In this document: positions 12,281 through 24,846 of the stretch, one piece after another
Position numbering within the stretch: the first letter of the stretch is position 1
Layout: each line of letters opens with the position of its first letter
Assembly: GCA_004431415.1 (NCBI GenBank)
Contig: QPMI01000537.1
Span: 34,622-98,621 of the forward strand
DNA from: Cyanophora paradoxa CCMP329
Lineage: Eukaryota; Plantae; Glaucophyta
DNA length: 64,000 nucleotides
Direction of reading: 5' to 3'
Translations under genes and position numbers: made by a program
Notes under the pieces: model-generated
What the model was told of the DNA's origin: nothing
Seen by the model: the letters and a program-made list of their open reading frames with translations, nothing else
Databases searched by the model: none

Positions 12281-13022
12281 CGTTGCATTATGAACCACGT
12301 ATAAAGCAGGTCAACACTGGTTTCGCGGTCACATTCCATTCCGTGCAGCATCGCAAGGTGCGTTGGCGTCTTCCCGTCGTCTTCCCCCTCATCGTGGTCC
12401 GCATGCTCAGCGAATGCACGCGTCACAGGTCACCAGAATCAGCGGCGGGCCGCCTCCGCGCGGCCTGGCGAGGCTTCGGGCACATCCATCGTGCTCGAGC
12501 AAATGCCCAGTTCGTTCTGCGCCCTGGTCCTTCATGAAGTCCTGCACCTGACCCCGGAATGCAACCACGCAGGCGCTTCTCCGCCTCGGGATCTGCGCTT
12601 CACCGCGCAGGGGGCTCGTCAAAGCTGCCACCGGTCCTCGTGAGCACGCGCGCGCTCGTTTTGCCCGCGCGTCGTTCCGAAGTTCCTTGACATGTTCTCG
12701 TCGCTCGCAGCGGGCCGCCTCCGCCGCTTTCGAGTGCGCCCTCGCGCGCCTCGCGCCGAGCCCCCCTTCCTCACCTTCGCGTCGCGGCAGGCTCGTCTTC
12801 CCAACGAGGCAGAGGGCACACCGGGTTCGCGGCGCGCCGCGCCCGGGCGCCCACTCCGCGATGGTCCTCTGATGCATCGTTGCGCCCTTCGGCGCGCAGG
12901 CGCTCGCCTTTGGTGGGAGGCTCGTCGATCGAGTGCGCCCCCGTTCCCTTTGAAACCAAGGCTTTTTCGATATATCGATCTGACCCCCTTTTTCGCCCTC
13001 CGGCGCAGGCTGACTCCATGTC

Positions 13023-13058
<36 letters not shown>

Positions 13059-13562
13059 AGGGTCCGTAGGGGCTCCCGCCCAAGACGCGCCCCAGGTGCG
13101 CACCGCGCGCACAGGTGCCCTGGAGCGTCGATCTGCTCGGCGGCTGATCGTCCTCCGCCCGCGCAGGCGCTCCTCTGGGTGGGAGGCTCGTCGATCGAGT
13201 GCGCCCCCGTTCGCTTTGATTTGGATATCGAGACCGTTCGATTTCGATCTGACCCCTTTTCGCGCCCCCCCGCAGGCTGACTCCATGTCGGGCCCCCCTC
13301 AGGGCCTGTAGGGGCTCCCGCCACCGCCCCGAGACGACCCCCGCCGCCACAAGACGCGATGCAGCACCACGCCGCGCATACGGGCACCTGTAGCTATTTA
13401 GCTAGCCAGAGTGTCCGCGGGGAGGCGCATTACTCTCCTTAGGGGGCCACGCAGGGCCCGGCCGGCCGGTTCGCTGGTGGGCTGGGCCCGCGGCCGCGGC
13501 GGCCGCAGTGTACATTCCCACACTTGTAGCCCGGACCTGCGTTTTAGTACGTGTCCAAATGC
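12281..13562 (-). mobile_element. Dispersed non-coding repeat element, copy A (inverted relative to 41516-42445)
   Basis: Near-identical reverse complement of 41516-42445 apart from an extra ~310-bp segment (~12550-12860); internal sub-repeat; ankyrin-like fragment DDGKTPTHLA. Confidence 0.75.
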
Positions 13563-14333
13563 TAAGAGTCATCGTTAAAAAGAAACAACGGATGCGGCGT
13601 ATAAAGTCGCACTTCGGAGCCGATGAGAAGGAAGAACGGCTTATTGTGCACGTGAGAGCCTGGAGCGGCGTCTTCCCCGTTCCGCCAGATGGACGGCCCG
13701 CGATTAGCTGCGTTCTGGAAGAATTGCAACGATTGCACAGGCTGCCGCACCGATGCTCTCGAAGGACATTCGACGTCGCGATGGTAGCGGCGGGCACGGC
13801 AACAAATTAAAGGCTGGCATACTGACGGCGACCCTCGCTCGTACTTGCAGGGTCCAAAACGCTGCCTGGGTTGCTGGGCGCGCGAAGTCTCGCTGTGGCA
13901 AGCGGGCTGAGCTCGAGCAAGGCGCGCGCTGCGTTGCATGATCTGAGCTGCGCCGACTGTACCCTGGGGAACAAGCAACTGCCTACGTACCCGCAAAAGT
14001 TCGGCGCAGCCGTTAATTTCCTACCCAACCGATCGCGACAGCTTCAAGCCGCGCAAAGTTTTGACTTCGACAGCGCAGCTGCGCGCGCGCGCGGGCGGTG
14101 CGACGCGCGATATCGCGATACACTGCGGAAGGCGCCGGCAGCGCATTCGCCACTGCACCGTGTTCATGTCGCAAAATTGCGAAGTGGGTCTGGGGGTACA
14201 GCACTCCGCGCGTGCGCATGCGGCGGCAGTTACTAAGTTACTCGAACCATGATCCGCTCCTGCAGTACTAGTGCGCTTCTGTGCTGCGCAACAGAAACGG
14301 CACCCGCGCACATCGATATCAGCCCGCGACGAG

Positions 14334-15010
14334 ATGCCGGTCGGCCTTTCCGAGATCTGCGAGGCCTAGGGCGTCGCGGTGGCCGGGGCGGGCCTGTTTG
14401 CTGGGACGGCTGTCTCGATTAACATGAGTGATCTAAACTTCCTCCGACATGGTCATGACGGCTCGCACGCAGACGCTCGACGCGCCGACCGCCCTGCGCC
14501 TCTGGCGCACCGAGTTCTGGCTCTACGCCAAGACCCAGCTCGGCTTGGTCCCTCTCCGGTTCGAATTCGGAACTCATACCCGCGGCCGGGCCGCTCGTCC
14601 GCTCGTCCAGCCTCTCTGACTCTGAGCAGGCGACAAGCGGATGCTCGCCGCGGGCGTCGGCATGGGGGCCCTCACGCCGTGGACCCTGGGCGTGATGAGG
14701 CCGACGACCATCAAGTGAGCGCTCAGCTGAGCCGAAGACGGGCGCCGCACTCACCTGAGCTGCCGCTCGCCCCGTCCCATCGCGCAGGCCGCTGCTGGAC
14801 ACGCCGAACCTGTCTGAGGCCGAGACCCGCCGCCTGATGGCCCTCTGGAACCGGCAGCACGCGGCCCGCACCGCAACCTCGCTGCTGGTCCGCCCGCCCG
14901 CCGGCGCCCCGGGCCCGGCTTCCCGCCTTCGCGCCCCGCGGCCGATACCGATTGGCGTCCGGCAGGCGCTCGGATTCGCGATCTCGGCGATACAGAGGCG
15001 CCAGGCCTAG
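14334..15010 (+). pseudogene. DUF1772 / anthrone-oxygenase-like membrane protein (disrupted as assembled)
   Basis: GAGLFAGTAVSINM...ALRLWRTEF...GALTPWTLGVMRPT...RRLMALWNRQHAARTATSLL-ALGFA matches the DUF1772 pattern; in-frame TAG at 14367 and a 25-nt frameshifting insert at 14427-14451. Confidence 0.6.
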
Positions 15011-15518
15011 GCGCGCGCGTCCGATATGATGACCTCTCAGCGCGCGATCAAGCGTCCCGGGCTCAGTCTACAGAGACTTTGGCCCAGTGGCTCGCTTGTT
15101 GGATCCCCACATTGTGATTGCGAATAGATTCATCAATTGACCTCCGCCGGGTCTGCACGGCGCAGTGCCGCGGCTCGGGGCAGGGACTCAGGGATTCACA
15201 GGGAACTCGTGTGGAATCGACTCGGCGAAGGCTTGAAACCACGGGCGCCGGCGTATGAGCAATGAATTGGAGAGATTTCATGTTTTTTGATACACCTCAT
15301 TTCTGACATGATGGGGCATATGCAATCAGTTTTAAAGCTAGCCTGATCATCTCTAGGTTCCTGTCTAAACTGTAACTTAGTAAGGACGCATACGACACGA
15401 AACTGGGGAGCGAAAGAGAAAGCGGGAAAGCGAAGACCATAAGCTACAAGTACAGCTAGCGGAGACGGAGAAAGAGGAGAGTCCGGGACCGGCCGTAGCT
15501 CGGCGGATCAAATCCCGC

Positions 15519-16264
15519 TTAGGCGTCGAGCTGGCTGCTGGAAAGCAACTCGTGGCGCGGGCTGGGGCCGTAGCCGGGGATGAAGCCTGAGGGAGACAAG
15601 TGAGAACGGGTTCCATCTGTGCGCGCGGCCTCCAGGGGCAACGGCGCACCGTCGTAGTTCTTGGCGTTCTGCCACGGCAGGCGGACCTGCGGCTCGCCGC
15701 GGAGAGCGGCCTGGTGGCCCTTGTGCGTCCACGCGATGTCGTTGGACTGCGTGAGCTGGATGCTGACCTTGTAGCCGAGCAGGCCCATGGCCGCGCCCAT
15801 GACTGCGCAGGAAGGTCGTATTAGATGCAGAGAACACGCGCGGGAGCGTCGAAGCGGCGGGGAGGGTCTGCTGGCGGCGGGCCGGGACGGTGCGCATGCG
15901 GGATCGCTAATAATGGGGAGCGCGCAGCCGGCCCGAACGTCGGGGAGCGCGCGGGGCGTGCCCGGCGCTGCAATTTAAATGCGCATCGATTGGGGAGGCC
16001 GCCCGGAAGCGCAATGATGCGGAAGTGCCCGGGACGGGTGGGCGACGCGGCGGGCGGGCGGCGGGTCCGGCCGGTGCGGGCGCGGCACGGGAGGCGCACC
16101 GGCGAACAGCGGGTACGCCGCGGCGTCCGAAAGCCAGATGTTCTTCGCGGCGGTGGCTGCGCGCAGCGGGTCAGTTCCGCCCAACCCGCAGCGTTTCGCG
16201 CCCGCCGACAGCGCCGTTCCGGGCGGGCGAGGCCCGGGGCAGCTGGGCGCTCACCCTTCGACAT
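15519..16264 (-). CDS. B12D / NDUFA4-like small mitochondrial membrane protein
   Basis: Spliced reading MSK...NIWLSDAAAYPLFA-VMGAAMGLLGYKVSIQLTQSNDIAW...; YPLF followed by a single TM helix is typical of B12D/NDUFA4. Confidence 0.55.
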
Positions 16265-16578
16265 GTTTGATGCGGCTGCTGCTGTAAAACTTTTAGGGCG
16301 CGTGAACGAACTGTGAGGGCTTGGAGGAACCTGGCAGAACTGGTGGCCAGAGAAAAAAGATGTAATACTAGCGAATAACAGCCTTGGTGTTGCGAACTAG
16401 CACGGGGGGCGAACAGCACGACGAGCGTACCCCCTCCGCGAACGACAGTCAGGTCCCGCGAGCTCGAGGTGCTCGGCGCGTAACAGCATCGAGCCGTGCT
16501 CGAGAAAGGCGGTGTGCACCCCTGCGCGGCGGCAGGGCGACTAGCCCGTGCGGCTGCGCTCCCTCGCGCTCTTCTAGC

Positions 16579-19500
16579 ATGGAATCGACGTCGGGCGCGC
16601 CCCAGGAGAGCGCGGCTCCCGCTCCCGTGGAACCGGCGGAGACGGCTCCGCCTTGTCAGCCCCGATTTACAACGCCATGGCCAGCGCCGCGGCCGGTTGC
16701 CAGTACGAGCAGCGGGGGCTTCGAGCCGCCCAGCGGGGGCTCCGAGCCGCCCACGGCGGATTCGGCGGCCCTGAGCGCGGCGGAACCCGCTGCCCAGGAG
16801 CCGGCGCCCAGTGGCCCCGATCCATTTGACAGCCTCCCCGAGGACCTCCTATGCCGCATCCTCCATGCAATCGGGCCGCTCGCCTGCGTGAACACTCGTG
16901 TCCATCACGTGTCCCGCCGCTGGAGGTTCGCCGGGGACGTCGAGGGCCCTCGGCGCATGGAGCGCGCGAACGCTCACGCGCACCGCAGAGAAGCCTTCAG
17001 GTCGACGCACTGGGAGCTGCTGGACTTTACGCCGCAGGTTTACGCCTCCCGCAGGCCGCGCGCTTCGCGCCACCTGACCGCGCCGCGCGGCGCAGGGCCT
17101 CGCGGACGCTCGCGTCCCCGGGAGCGGTCTGAAGGCCATCCGCCGCATCAACCGCCTGGGGCCCTCCGGCTTCCATCTGGGTGCCGTTCAGAAGGTGCGT
17201 CAGCCGCCCGGCCGCCCGCCCAGGCCGCCGCCGCAGCGGGCCGAGCGTGCCTCCGCCAGATCAAATTCTACATCCGCAACAAGGCGGACGCGCTCACTTC
17301 GCTGGCCCTCGCCCGCGCGCTCCCGGAGGGCGGCGCAATGCGCTACGCCGAAATAGCATTCGGGACGTTGCCGGCGGGCCGCACGCGACCCCGCGTCAAG
17401 GCGGCGGAGCTCATGACGGCTCTCCTGCGGCTTGACCTGGAGTCGCTCGAGGTGGCCTGCGAGCCGCCGGGGCGCCCGCTGCTCAACTGGTTCGAATCCG
17501 ACGCCGCCGTTTCCTCGGCGCTCGGCGGGCTCGGCCGCCCTGCCCGCCTCCGGATCCTCGACGCGCCGCGCCTCCCCCTGCCCGAGGCGCGCATCGCGGA
17601 GCTGAGGGCGGCGGCGCCGCGCCTCGTCCGCCTCACGGCCGTCCTCCTTCACGTGCCGAGCGGGCTCCCGGCCCTCGCCGCGGCGCCCCTCGAGGAGCTG
17701 AGGATCCGGTACCCCTGCGACGACTCGGACGACGAGGGGGAGCAGGCGCCCGTCGAGTCGCTGCGGCCGCTCTCGGGCGGGCCCCTCGCCGCCTCCCTCC
17801 GGCGCCTCCGGTTCGACGGCTCGGAGCTGAACCCGCCCGCGTACCCGGACCTCTCCTCCGCCCTCTTCCCCCGCCTCGAGGTCCTGGAGTTCGCGGTACC
17901 CCCCCTCCCTCCCACCCCACCCCCGCCTCTACTCCCCCCTGATCCCGCTCAGGTGAGCGAGGAGGCGCTTCGGGACCGCGTGGTGGGGCGCCTGGCGGGC
18001 CTGGCGACGCTGCGGGAGCTCCGGCTGGCCTTCAGCGAGCCCGTCCTCTCCTCGGCCGACGGCGAGGAGGACGACGACGAGGCGCGCGACTTTTAACTCT
18101 ACTTTCCTGACTAACTAACTTCCTAACCTTCCTAACTTTTAACTCCAACTCTATATAACTTATAGCTAGCTTCCTAACTAGGACGACGACGAGGCGCGCG
18201 GGCCCCTATAGCTAGGCTAGGCTGACAAGCCGGAGCCAGGCTAGCTAAGCTGGCTAGCTGGCTAGCTAGCTAGCCCCGCTTCCTACATCCTAGCGCCCCT
18301 ATCTTCTTCTTCTGTCTCCCGCCCTCTTCTTCTAACTTCTTCGTACGTGCCGGGGCGCAGGAGGACGAGGAGGGGTTCACGGCGCTCACGGGCCGCTTCC
18401 TGCGCGACGTCGCCGCCCTCTGCGAGAAGGTCCGTTAGGGTCGCCGCTTCGGTTAGGAAGGGGGCGTTGGGCGTTGGGGCGTTGGGCGTTAGTAGCGAGG
18501 AGCCGCCGCTGGGCCACCCCCGCCGCCGCCGCCGCCTCCCTTCACAACGCCCCTCACTTAGTTGTTTGCTTGGTTAGAAGGGACCCGCGGAGGGGCCCCG
18601 CCCGCCCGCGGGGCGCCGCTCGCCCCTCTCCCGGCCTCGCTCTGACGCGCCGCCCGCCCTACCTGCGAGCAGCTTCCGACCCTCCGTGACGTCCGCCTCC
18701 GCCTCGCCACCCGCGACTGGTGCTGTGCGCCCGCTCTCGCCTCTCTTCCTCGTCTTCCGCTGGGCTCTATCTATCCATCTGTCTCACTCGCCCCAGACAC
18801 GCCGGTGCCGTCGGGCGGGATCGAGGCGCTGGCGTCGGGGCGGGCGGCGGAGTGCGTGAAGGGCCTGCGGCTGCACCTGACGCGGGCACACACGCTGGAG
18901 GCCCTCGGGAAGCTAACGGCACTCGAGGAGCTCGAGCTCTCCGTCGAGGTGCGTGGGCGCGCTTCTACTGCATCGAATCTAGAGTGAACTAGGATGGGTT
19001 CAGTTCGGTATAGTTAGCAACTAACCCCAAACGTGCTCTAATCTGGACGAACCTAGACCCCAGCCAGTTAGTTCAGTGACCAGTTGCTTTAGTTAGTTAG
19101 TTGGCTCAGCTGACGCAGCTCTGACGCGCCGCGCCGCCCCCTCAGCCGGAGGACGAGGAGGACGTGACGCTGGGGCGCTACGAGTGCCCCTTCTGCCAGG
19201 GGCGCCACCGCACCGAGAACAGCGCCGTCCTCCACCTCGTCCAGCACGCCAGGGCGCGCCCTCTTGCCCGCCCGCCCCGCCCCGCCCTCGTCTTAAGGCT
19301 AACGTAGACGATAAGCGGCCCGCCCCGAGCGGCCGGCGCTCAATCACTAGATATTATAGGAGCCAAACCATAGACTACTACTGTCGGGAGCGGCGCTCAT
19401 GGCCCTCGTCTTGGCGTCCGGAACTTGATGACTAAGATCGTACCGTAACACTATAAACCCTAAACCATTTTCCTTGGCAAAAGAAGCTTACGGCTCTCGC

Positions 19501-20547
19501 GGGGGCGCAGGACAAGGAGCGGACGTGGCCGGAGGTGGGCGAGGCGATCGAGTCGGCCGAGCAGCGCGCCGAGGCCGGCGTGCCGGCCCCGGGGCCCCTC
19601 TCCAGCGCCCTCTCCGCCCTCGGCGCCCTCCCGCGCCTCTCCCGCCTCTCCCTGAACCTGAACGGCAACTCTGGCCTGGCGGCGGCCGCCGTGGAGGCCG
19701 TCCGCGCCCTCCGCCGCGCCGCCGGCGCCGGCGGCGGGTCCCTTACGGAGTTCCGCGTGGGCGCCTCGTACGGGTTCCCGGCCGACGCGCTCGCGGAGCT
19801 CGTGGCGGCGGCCGGCCCGGCGCTCCGCGCGCTCGACTGCACGCGCCCCGTCTCGGGGCCGCCCGTGCCCCTCCTGGACGCCCTCGCCGCCTCGGGCGCC
19901 CTGGCCGCCACCGTCCGGTACCGCGTCCGGCGGACGGCCGCGAGGCGGCGCTGCAGGCGGCGGCGCGGCTGCGGGCGGCGCGCCCGCACGCCGAGCTGCA
20001 CCTGGGCGCGCGCTACGAGGACGGCGGGCAGGAGGAGGACGGCCTCAGCTCCTCGGGCTCGTCGCGGACCGCCTCGGAGAACGACGAGGACGACGACCTG
20101 CACTCTGGCGAGGAGGACGAGGACGATGAGGACGAGGAGGACGAGGAGGAGGAGGAGGACGAGGAGGAGGAAGACCTTGATGACGAGGAGGAGGAGGACG
20201 AGGATGAGGAGGAGGAGGAGGAGGCGGATGGGGAGGAGTTGGTTGCAGCGCTTTTTGTGGGGGCGGAGGCGGCGGCGGCGGCGGCGGCGGGGGCGGCGGC
20301 GGCCGCCGCCGCCGCTACAATCGAGGCGGCGGCGCCGCCGGCGCCGTCGGCGGCGGTGGGGGCGCCCGCCGGCGCGCCGGCGACTCCGGCCCGGCCTCCC
20401 GCCCCTGTCCTGTCCCCGACAGCCTTGGAAGACGAGAAGGAGGACGAGGACGAGGAGGAGGACGAGGAGGCGTTCACGGACGCCTGGCCGTGGCCCGACG
20501 AGAGCGGCAGCAGCGACCAGGACAGCGACGCCTCCAGCACCGCCTGA
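16579..20547 (+). CDS. F-box / leucine-rich-repeat protein with acidic C-terminal tail
   Basis: FDSLPEDLLCRILHAI...VSRRWR (F-box); LRR-like LRRLRF, LEVLEF, LRELRL, LEELEL, LSRLSL; poly-E/D tail at 20080-20230. Confidence 0.75.
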
Positions 20548-20852
20548 GGCCCAGGCTAGGCTAGGCTGGGCTAGGTCAGGCTTGGCTAGGCTTGGCTAGG
20601 CGCCTTCCATTAGTACTAGTGCTGTGATCCTAGTAGGCAAGACCCCTTCTTTCTTTTTGAAACAAAGCAGCCTTCGATTCCTTGAAAGACAAATGCGCCG
20701 CGGTGGACTGTTTTACGCGATCAAATTAAATCAAAGCAAGGCGACTAGCTAGCTAGCTGGCTACGGCTCTGCGCTTTAAAGACTGGGGCGGGCGAACGCG
20801 CGCGGGCGGGTATATAAAAATCGTACGCGTGCCCGAGGGCACGAGGAGGAAT

Positions 20853-23438
20853 TTAGTCGACGTCGCCTCGGGACGGGCCGGCGGCACCGGTGCCGCTGCC
20901 GGCGCCGGCGTTGGAGTCGCGGGAGGGCAGGAGCGCCTCGTTGCGGAGAAGGACATAGCGAACGAAGGCGTTGGTGCGGGGGGAGAGGCCCGGCACGTAG
21001 AACGCGCGCGCGAGGCCCGGCGAGCGCGCCGCGTGTAAGAACGGAGCCGCAAAGGCGACGCGCCAGGGGCCGCCCGCCCGCCGCCAGTCGTCCCCGTCGC
21101 TCGGGAGCTCCAGGTCCACGATGAAGTGGCAGGACGAGGGGGGTACGTAGCGCGCCGGGTCCTCGGCGTTGCGGTCATTGAAGTGGCGCGCGACGTCCGC
21201 CGCGGTGCCGTTGGGCCAGGGCTCGTAGGCGCGCGGCAGCTGGCCCTTGAAGCCCGAGCGGAGGAACTCCAGGGAGGCCCCCGGGGGGAGGAAGAACGAG
21301 GAGGGGAACCGGTACCACTCCTTGCCCACGCACACCCGCACTGCGCGTGTCGAGAGGGGGGCACGCGTGAACGGGAGTTCGAGCATTCTGCTAGGCTACG
21401 CAAAAAGGCGCACGGGGTCCCTGGGGGGCGGCGGGGACCTCCTGCTCCGAAAGGTGCCGGTACACCGCCATCGGGGCCCTGTACCCCGGCTCAGAAAGGA
21501 TGGGGGAGAGAAGCGCCGGAAAGTCTCTTAAGAGGAGGGGGGTACCGGTAGTTTATGATGGTGCCGGAGGTGCGGGCGATGCCGAGGATGAAGATGCAGG
21601 CGAGGAGCAGGGCCACGAGGAGGCGGACGGCCACGACCCGCCAGCCGCCCGGCGCCTTGAGCCGCGGCGGCGCCGCCCGCCGCGCCGCCACGCGCGCCGC
21701 CACGGCCGCCGCCCCGCCCGCCGCCGCCACCGGCTCGGGCTCCGCCGAGGGGATCCTGCCGGGCGCGCGCGCCTCAGGAGCGATCCCAGGGCGGAAAAGG
21801 GCGCGGCGGGGAGCCGAACCCGAAAAGACACGAAAGGAAGGCGTGCAGCAGGGACGTGGAGAACGCCGCCGCGAAGCAGATGACGGGGTACACGGGGAAG
21901 ATGAACCGCTCCTCTGCGAACGAAGTGTTGGGGGGGGGGGGGCAGCGCAGGGGGGGAGGGAGGGATGGGTACCCTTGTGGGGCTTTGAGCTCATGAACAA
22001 GACCCAGATGTAGAGGGGTAGAAGGTAGAAGCAGGCCTGCACGAACCCAGGCCGGTCCCGCTTCCACGAGCACGAAGCGATGAGGAGCTGTGCCCCGCCC
22101 GGGCGTCGTCAAAACGGAGCCCGGGGGGGGGGGGGGCGGAGCGGGGTACCGGGAGGGAGAGGCCGGCGAGGCCGGCGGCCAAGTTGAAGTTGAGGAACAG
22201 GTTGCGGATGTAGAAGTTCCACGGTTCGACTCCGTAGAGTTCCGAGCCGCCCGTGTTCCCGAACACATTGTACCGGACGATGTTCCAGGTCGGCATGGTC
22301 CAGTACCCGTACGCCCAGCGATCCGCGAGCGCCATCGGAACCACCAGCATGGCTCCGGAGAAGAGGGACCAGTTCGCAAGCTCCACGAGGCCGGCCCTGC
22401 GGGCCACGTCCAGAGCCAGGGGTACACCCACGAGCGCGCTGAAGGGCCATCCGACGAGCGCCCCCGCGGCCACGCAGAAAACGGCGAGGGGGTACGCCCT
22501 GTGCATCCAGGCGCCCCACGCCGCAGCGAAGCAGTACATCGCGAACGAGGACGGCAGGAGCGCTGCCGGGCTCCCCGGTGAGCGTGGGGAAGGGGGGGAG
22601 GAGGAGATGGGGGGTACGCTACCCGTGGAGGCCGCGAACATGCCGGGGGAGGAGGTGAGGAGGACGAGGAGGTAGTTGGCCGTGCGGTTCCCGAAGCGGA
22701 TCTTGGCGCCCAGGTACAGGAGCGACTCGCAGAAGGCGCTCCATAGCCCCAGGGCGCACCGCACGTACTGGAACACAGCGACCTGTGGGCGCCGCCGCGG
22801 GTCGGGTCAGTCTGACGGGGGCGGGAGCGGCGGAGGCGGCTGAGCCCGCGCGGCGAGCGCGCGCGCGCGTGCGTGCGGACTTTGTTGTCTAGGCCGACGA
22901 AGACTCCGGCGATGCGGCCGAGGAGCCAGTGCAGCCCGACGTAGAAGTAGGTCCGGAGCGCGTAGTTCGGGCTGCGGCGGGCGCCCGTCGGCGGCCGCCG
23001 CCGCGCGTCGCGCGGCGGGCGGCGAGCAGCGCGCGCACCTGTACTCCCAGGTCTGCAGGCCCGTGCCGTAGAGCAGGTAGTGCGCCGGTTCCCAGTAGTT
23101 GAACGTCTCGTCGCAGTCCGCGATGGTGTTCACGATCGCAGACCAGAGCCGGACGGCGCAAAGAATGTAGAAGGCCACCTTGAACGGCGGGGCCCAAGCC
23201 GAGGGCGCCGCCCGACGCCCAGCGAAGGTGCTGCGGAACATTTGGCGGGACCTTCGGATCCGACGCGGCGGGAGGCGAACCTTGCGAGGCTTTCGAGATT
23301 CCAGCTGTCCTCGCGGGAAGAGGACGGCCGCGCGCTCTTGCGTGCGGGAAGGGGGCTCGTGTCGCCGTCATCGGATGTAGCCGGGGCTGCATCCGCGGCC
23401 GAGATCCGCGGCGTGGCTTCTGCACGACGCCGGGACAT
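20853..23438 (-). CDS. ALG9: Alpha-1,2-mannosyltransferase (GT22), multi-exon
   Basis: IADCDETFNYWEPAHYLLYGTGLQTWEYSPNYALR, GWPFSA, SELYGVEPWNFYIRNLFLNFN, KPHKEERFIFPVYP, VCVGKEWYRFPSSFFLP, F(K)GQLP: hallmark ALG9 motifs. Confidence 0.95.
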
Positions 23439-23699
23439 CCGGGTGCTGCGGCGTGGCTGCTCCACTTCGGCGAATGGTTCGCTCTACTTCGGCCCTAGAA
23501 CACAGGCGCCCGCGGCGGCTGTTCGTTCGCGCGACCACACCGCCAGGTGCAAGTAGTAGTAGCTACCGGCTGCTGGCCAGGTGCTGTGGCAGACTGGTGG
23601 CTCTGCCCCTCGTCGAACCGGGTCGGTCGTGGGCTCGAACCCGTCGGGGTGCATTTGCCTTCCACGCCTGGAGCCTCGCACGCCCGGGCAGCAGCGACC
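23439..23699. promoter_or_regulatory. Short divergent (bidirectional) promoter region between ALG9 and the RRM gene
   Basis: Head-to-head ATGs ~260 bp apart. Confidence 0.5.
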
Positions 23700-24473
23700 A
23701 TGGCGAAGCGCTCTCTGTACATCGGTGCGCGCCCTGGCGTCGCTGCACGAGCGCCGGCTCAGCCTCCCCGTCCGCAGGTGGCATCTCAGACGAGGCGACA
23801 CAGGAGCAAATCGCGGCGCTCTTCGCGCCTTTCGGCGAGATCATGCACCTAGAGATGCCCCTGGACAGCGCAACGGGTGCCCTCCGTGACCGGAAAGGCT
23901 CCCCCGCCGCGAGGCTGACGGCCATCGGCAGGGCGGCACAAAGCCTTCGCGTTCCTGGAGTACGAGGACCACGAGGATGCCGAGGAGGCCATCTTCAACA
24001 TGAACCATTCCGAAGTGCGCGGCCGAGCCGCGTCCAGAGCCATCGCCCCTCAGTGCGGGCCGCTGACGCCCGCTCCCGCCCCCAGTTCATGGGGAAGCAG
24101 CTGAAGGTGAACTACTCGAGGCCGCGGCAAGCAACGGGCAGCAGCGCACGAGCAAGTGCGTCTGGCGGCCCGCCGGACGGCGCCGGGCCTCGCCGCTCAC
24201 TCGCCGCGCCTCCACAGTATGGGACGACGAGGACTGGATCCACAAGCGGCTCGCGCAGGACGCCGAGAAGGTTCGCTCGCCGAACCGAACGAGCCGCGCC
24301 CGCCCCAGCGCCGCCCGCCACCGCCGCCGCCGCCGACGCGGACGCGCCCGCCGTCGCAGGTCGAGGAGAAGATGGACGAGGCCGAGGTGCTGCTGAAGGG
24401 CCCTGCGCGGCCCGAGGACCTTGTTCCCAAGGGCCCCTCCGCCGCCGCCGCCGCAATCGCGGCCAAGTACTAG
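23700..24473 (+). CDS. Cyclophilin-E (Cyp33/PPIE)-type RRM protein lacking the PPIase domain
   Basis: Spliced MAKRSLYIGGISDE...FAPFGEI...PLD...HKAFAFLEYE...AIFNMNHSEFMGKQLKVNYSRP...WDDEDW resembles the Cyp33 RRM plus the following W-x-D-x-D-W motif; 5 short GT-AG introns. Confidence 0.8.
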
Positions 24474-24846
24474 CTAGCCCCGGCCCGGCGCCGGCGGCAC
24501 AGCGGCGCGCTCGTCCCGTGCTTAGCGGCTTAGTCGATAGCTAGCTCGTAGGTAGGCTCTGCAATGCATAGGGACCAGGCATCGTCTCGCGGACTTCGAT
24601 CCTTCTAAATCTCGTTCAGCTCAGCATCGCGGGCGAGGACACAAGTGCGCCTATGCGTTGGCCTAGAAACGACAGAAAGCGATATCTACGACTGCAGGCA
24701 CATTGCTGTTGCGCAGCTGCGCAGCCGGCGCCTGGCTGGCATGCGCAGGCTTAGGGGGTTTCGACTCCCCGAATCAACGCGCTGGGACGCAAGATTCGAA
24801 CGGAACCAGATGGGGACACGCCCGAGGGGCCCCTCCTCGCGAGATC

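Noticed and set aside
13559-14236. ORFs 13508-13810 and 13871-14236 as a gene
   Set aside because: The start overlaps the end of the dispersed repeat and no recognisable domain was found; cannot be supported
14367-14369. In-frame TAG as evidence of a reassigned genetic code
   Set aside because: Single case explainable as a homopolymer error (GCC CTA GGC vs GCC TAG GGC) or pseudogenisation; TAG serves as the stop for other genes here (e.g. 24471-24473)
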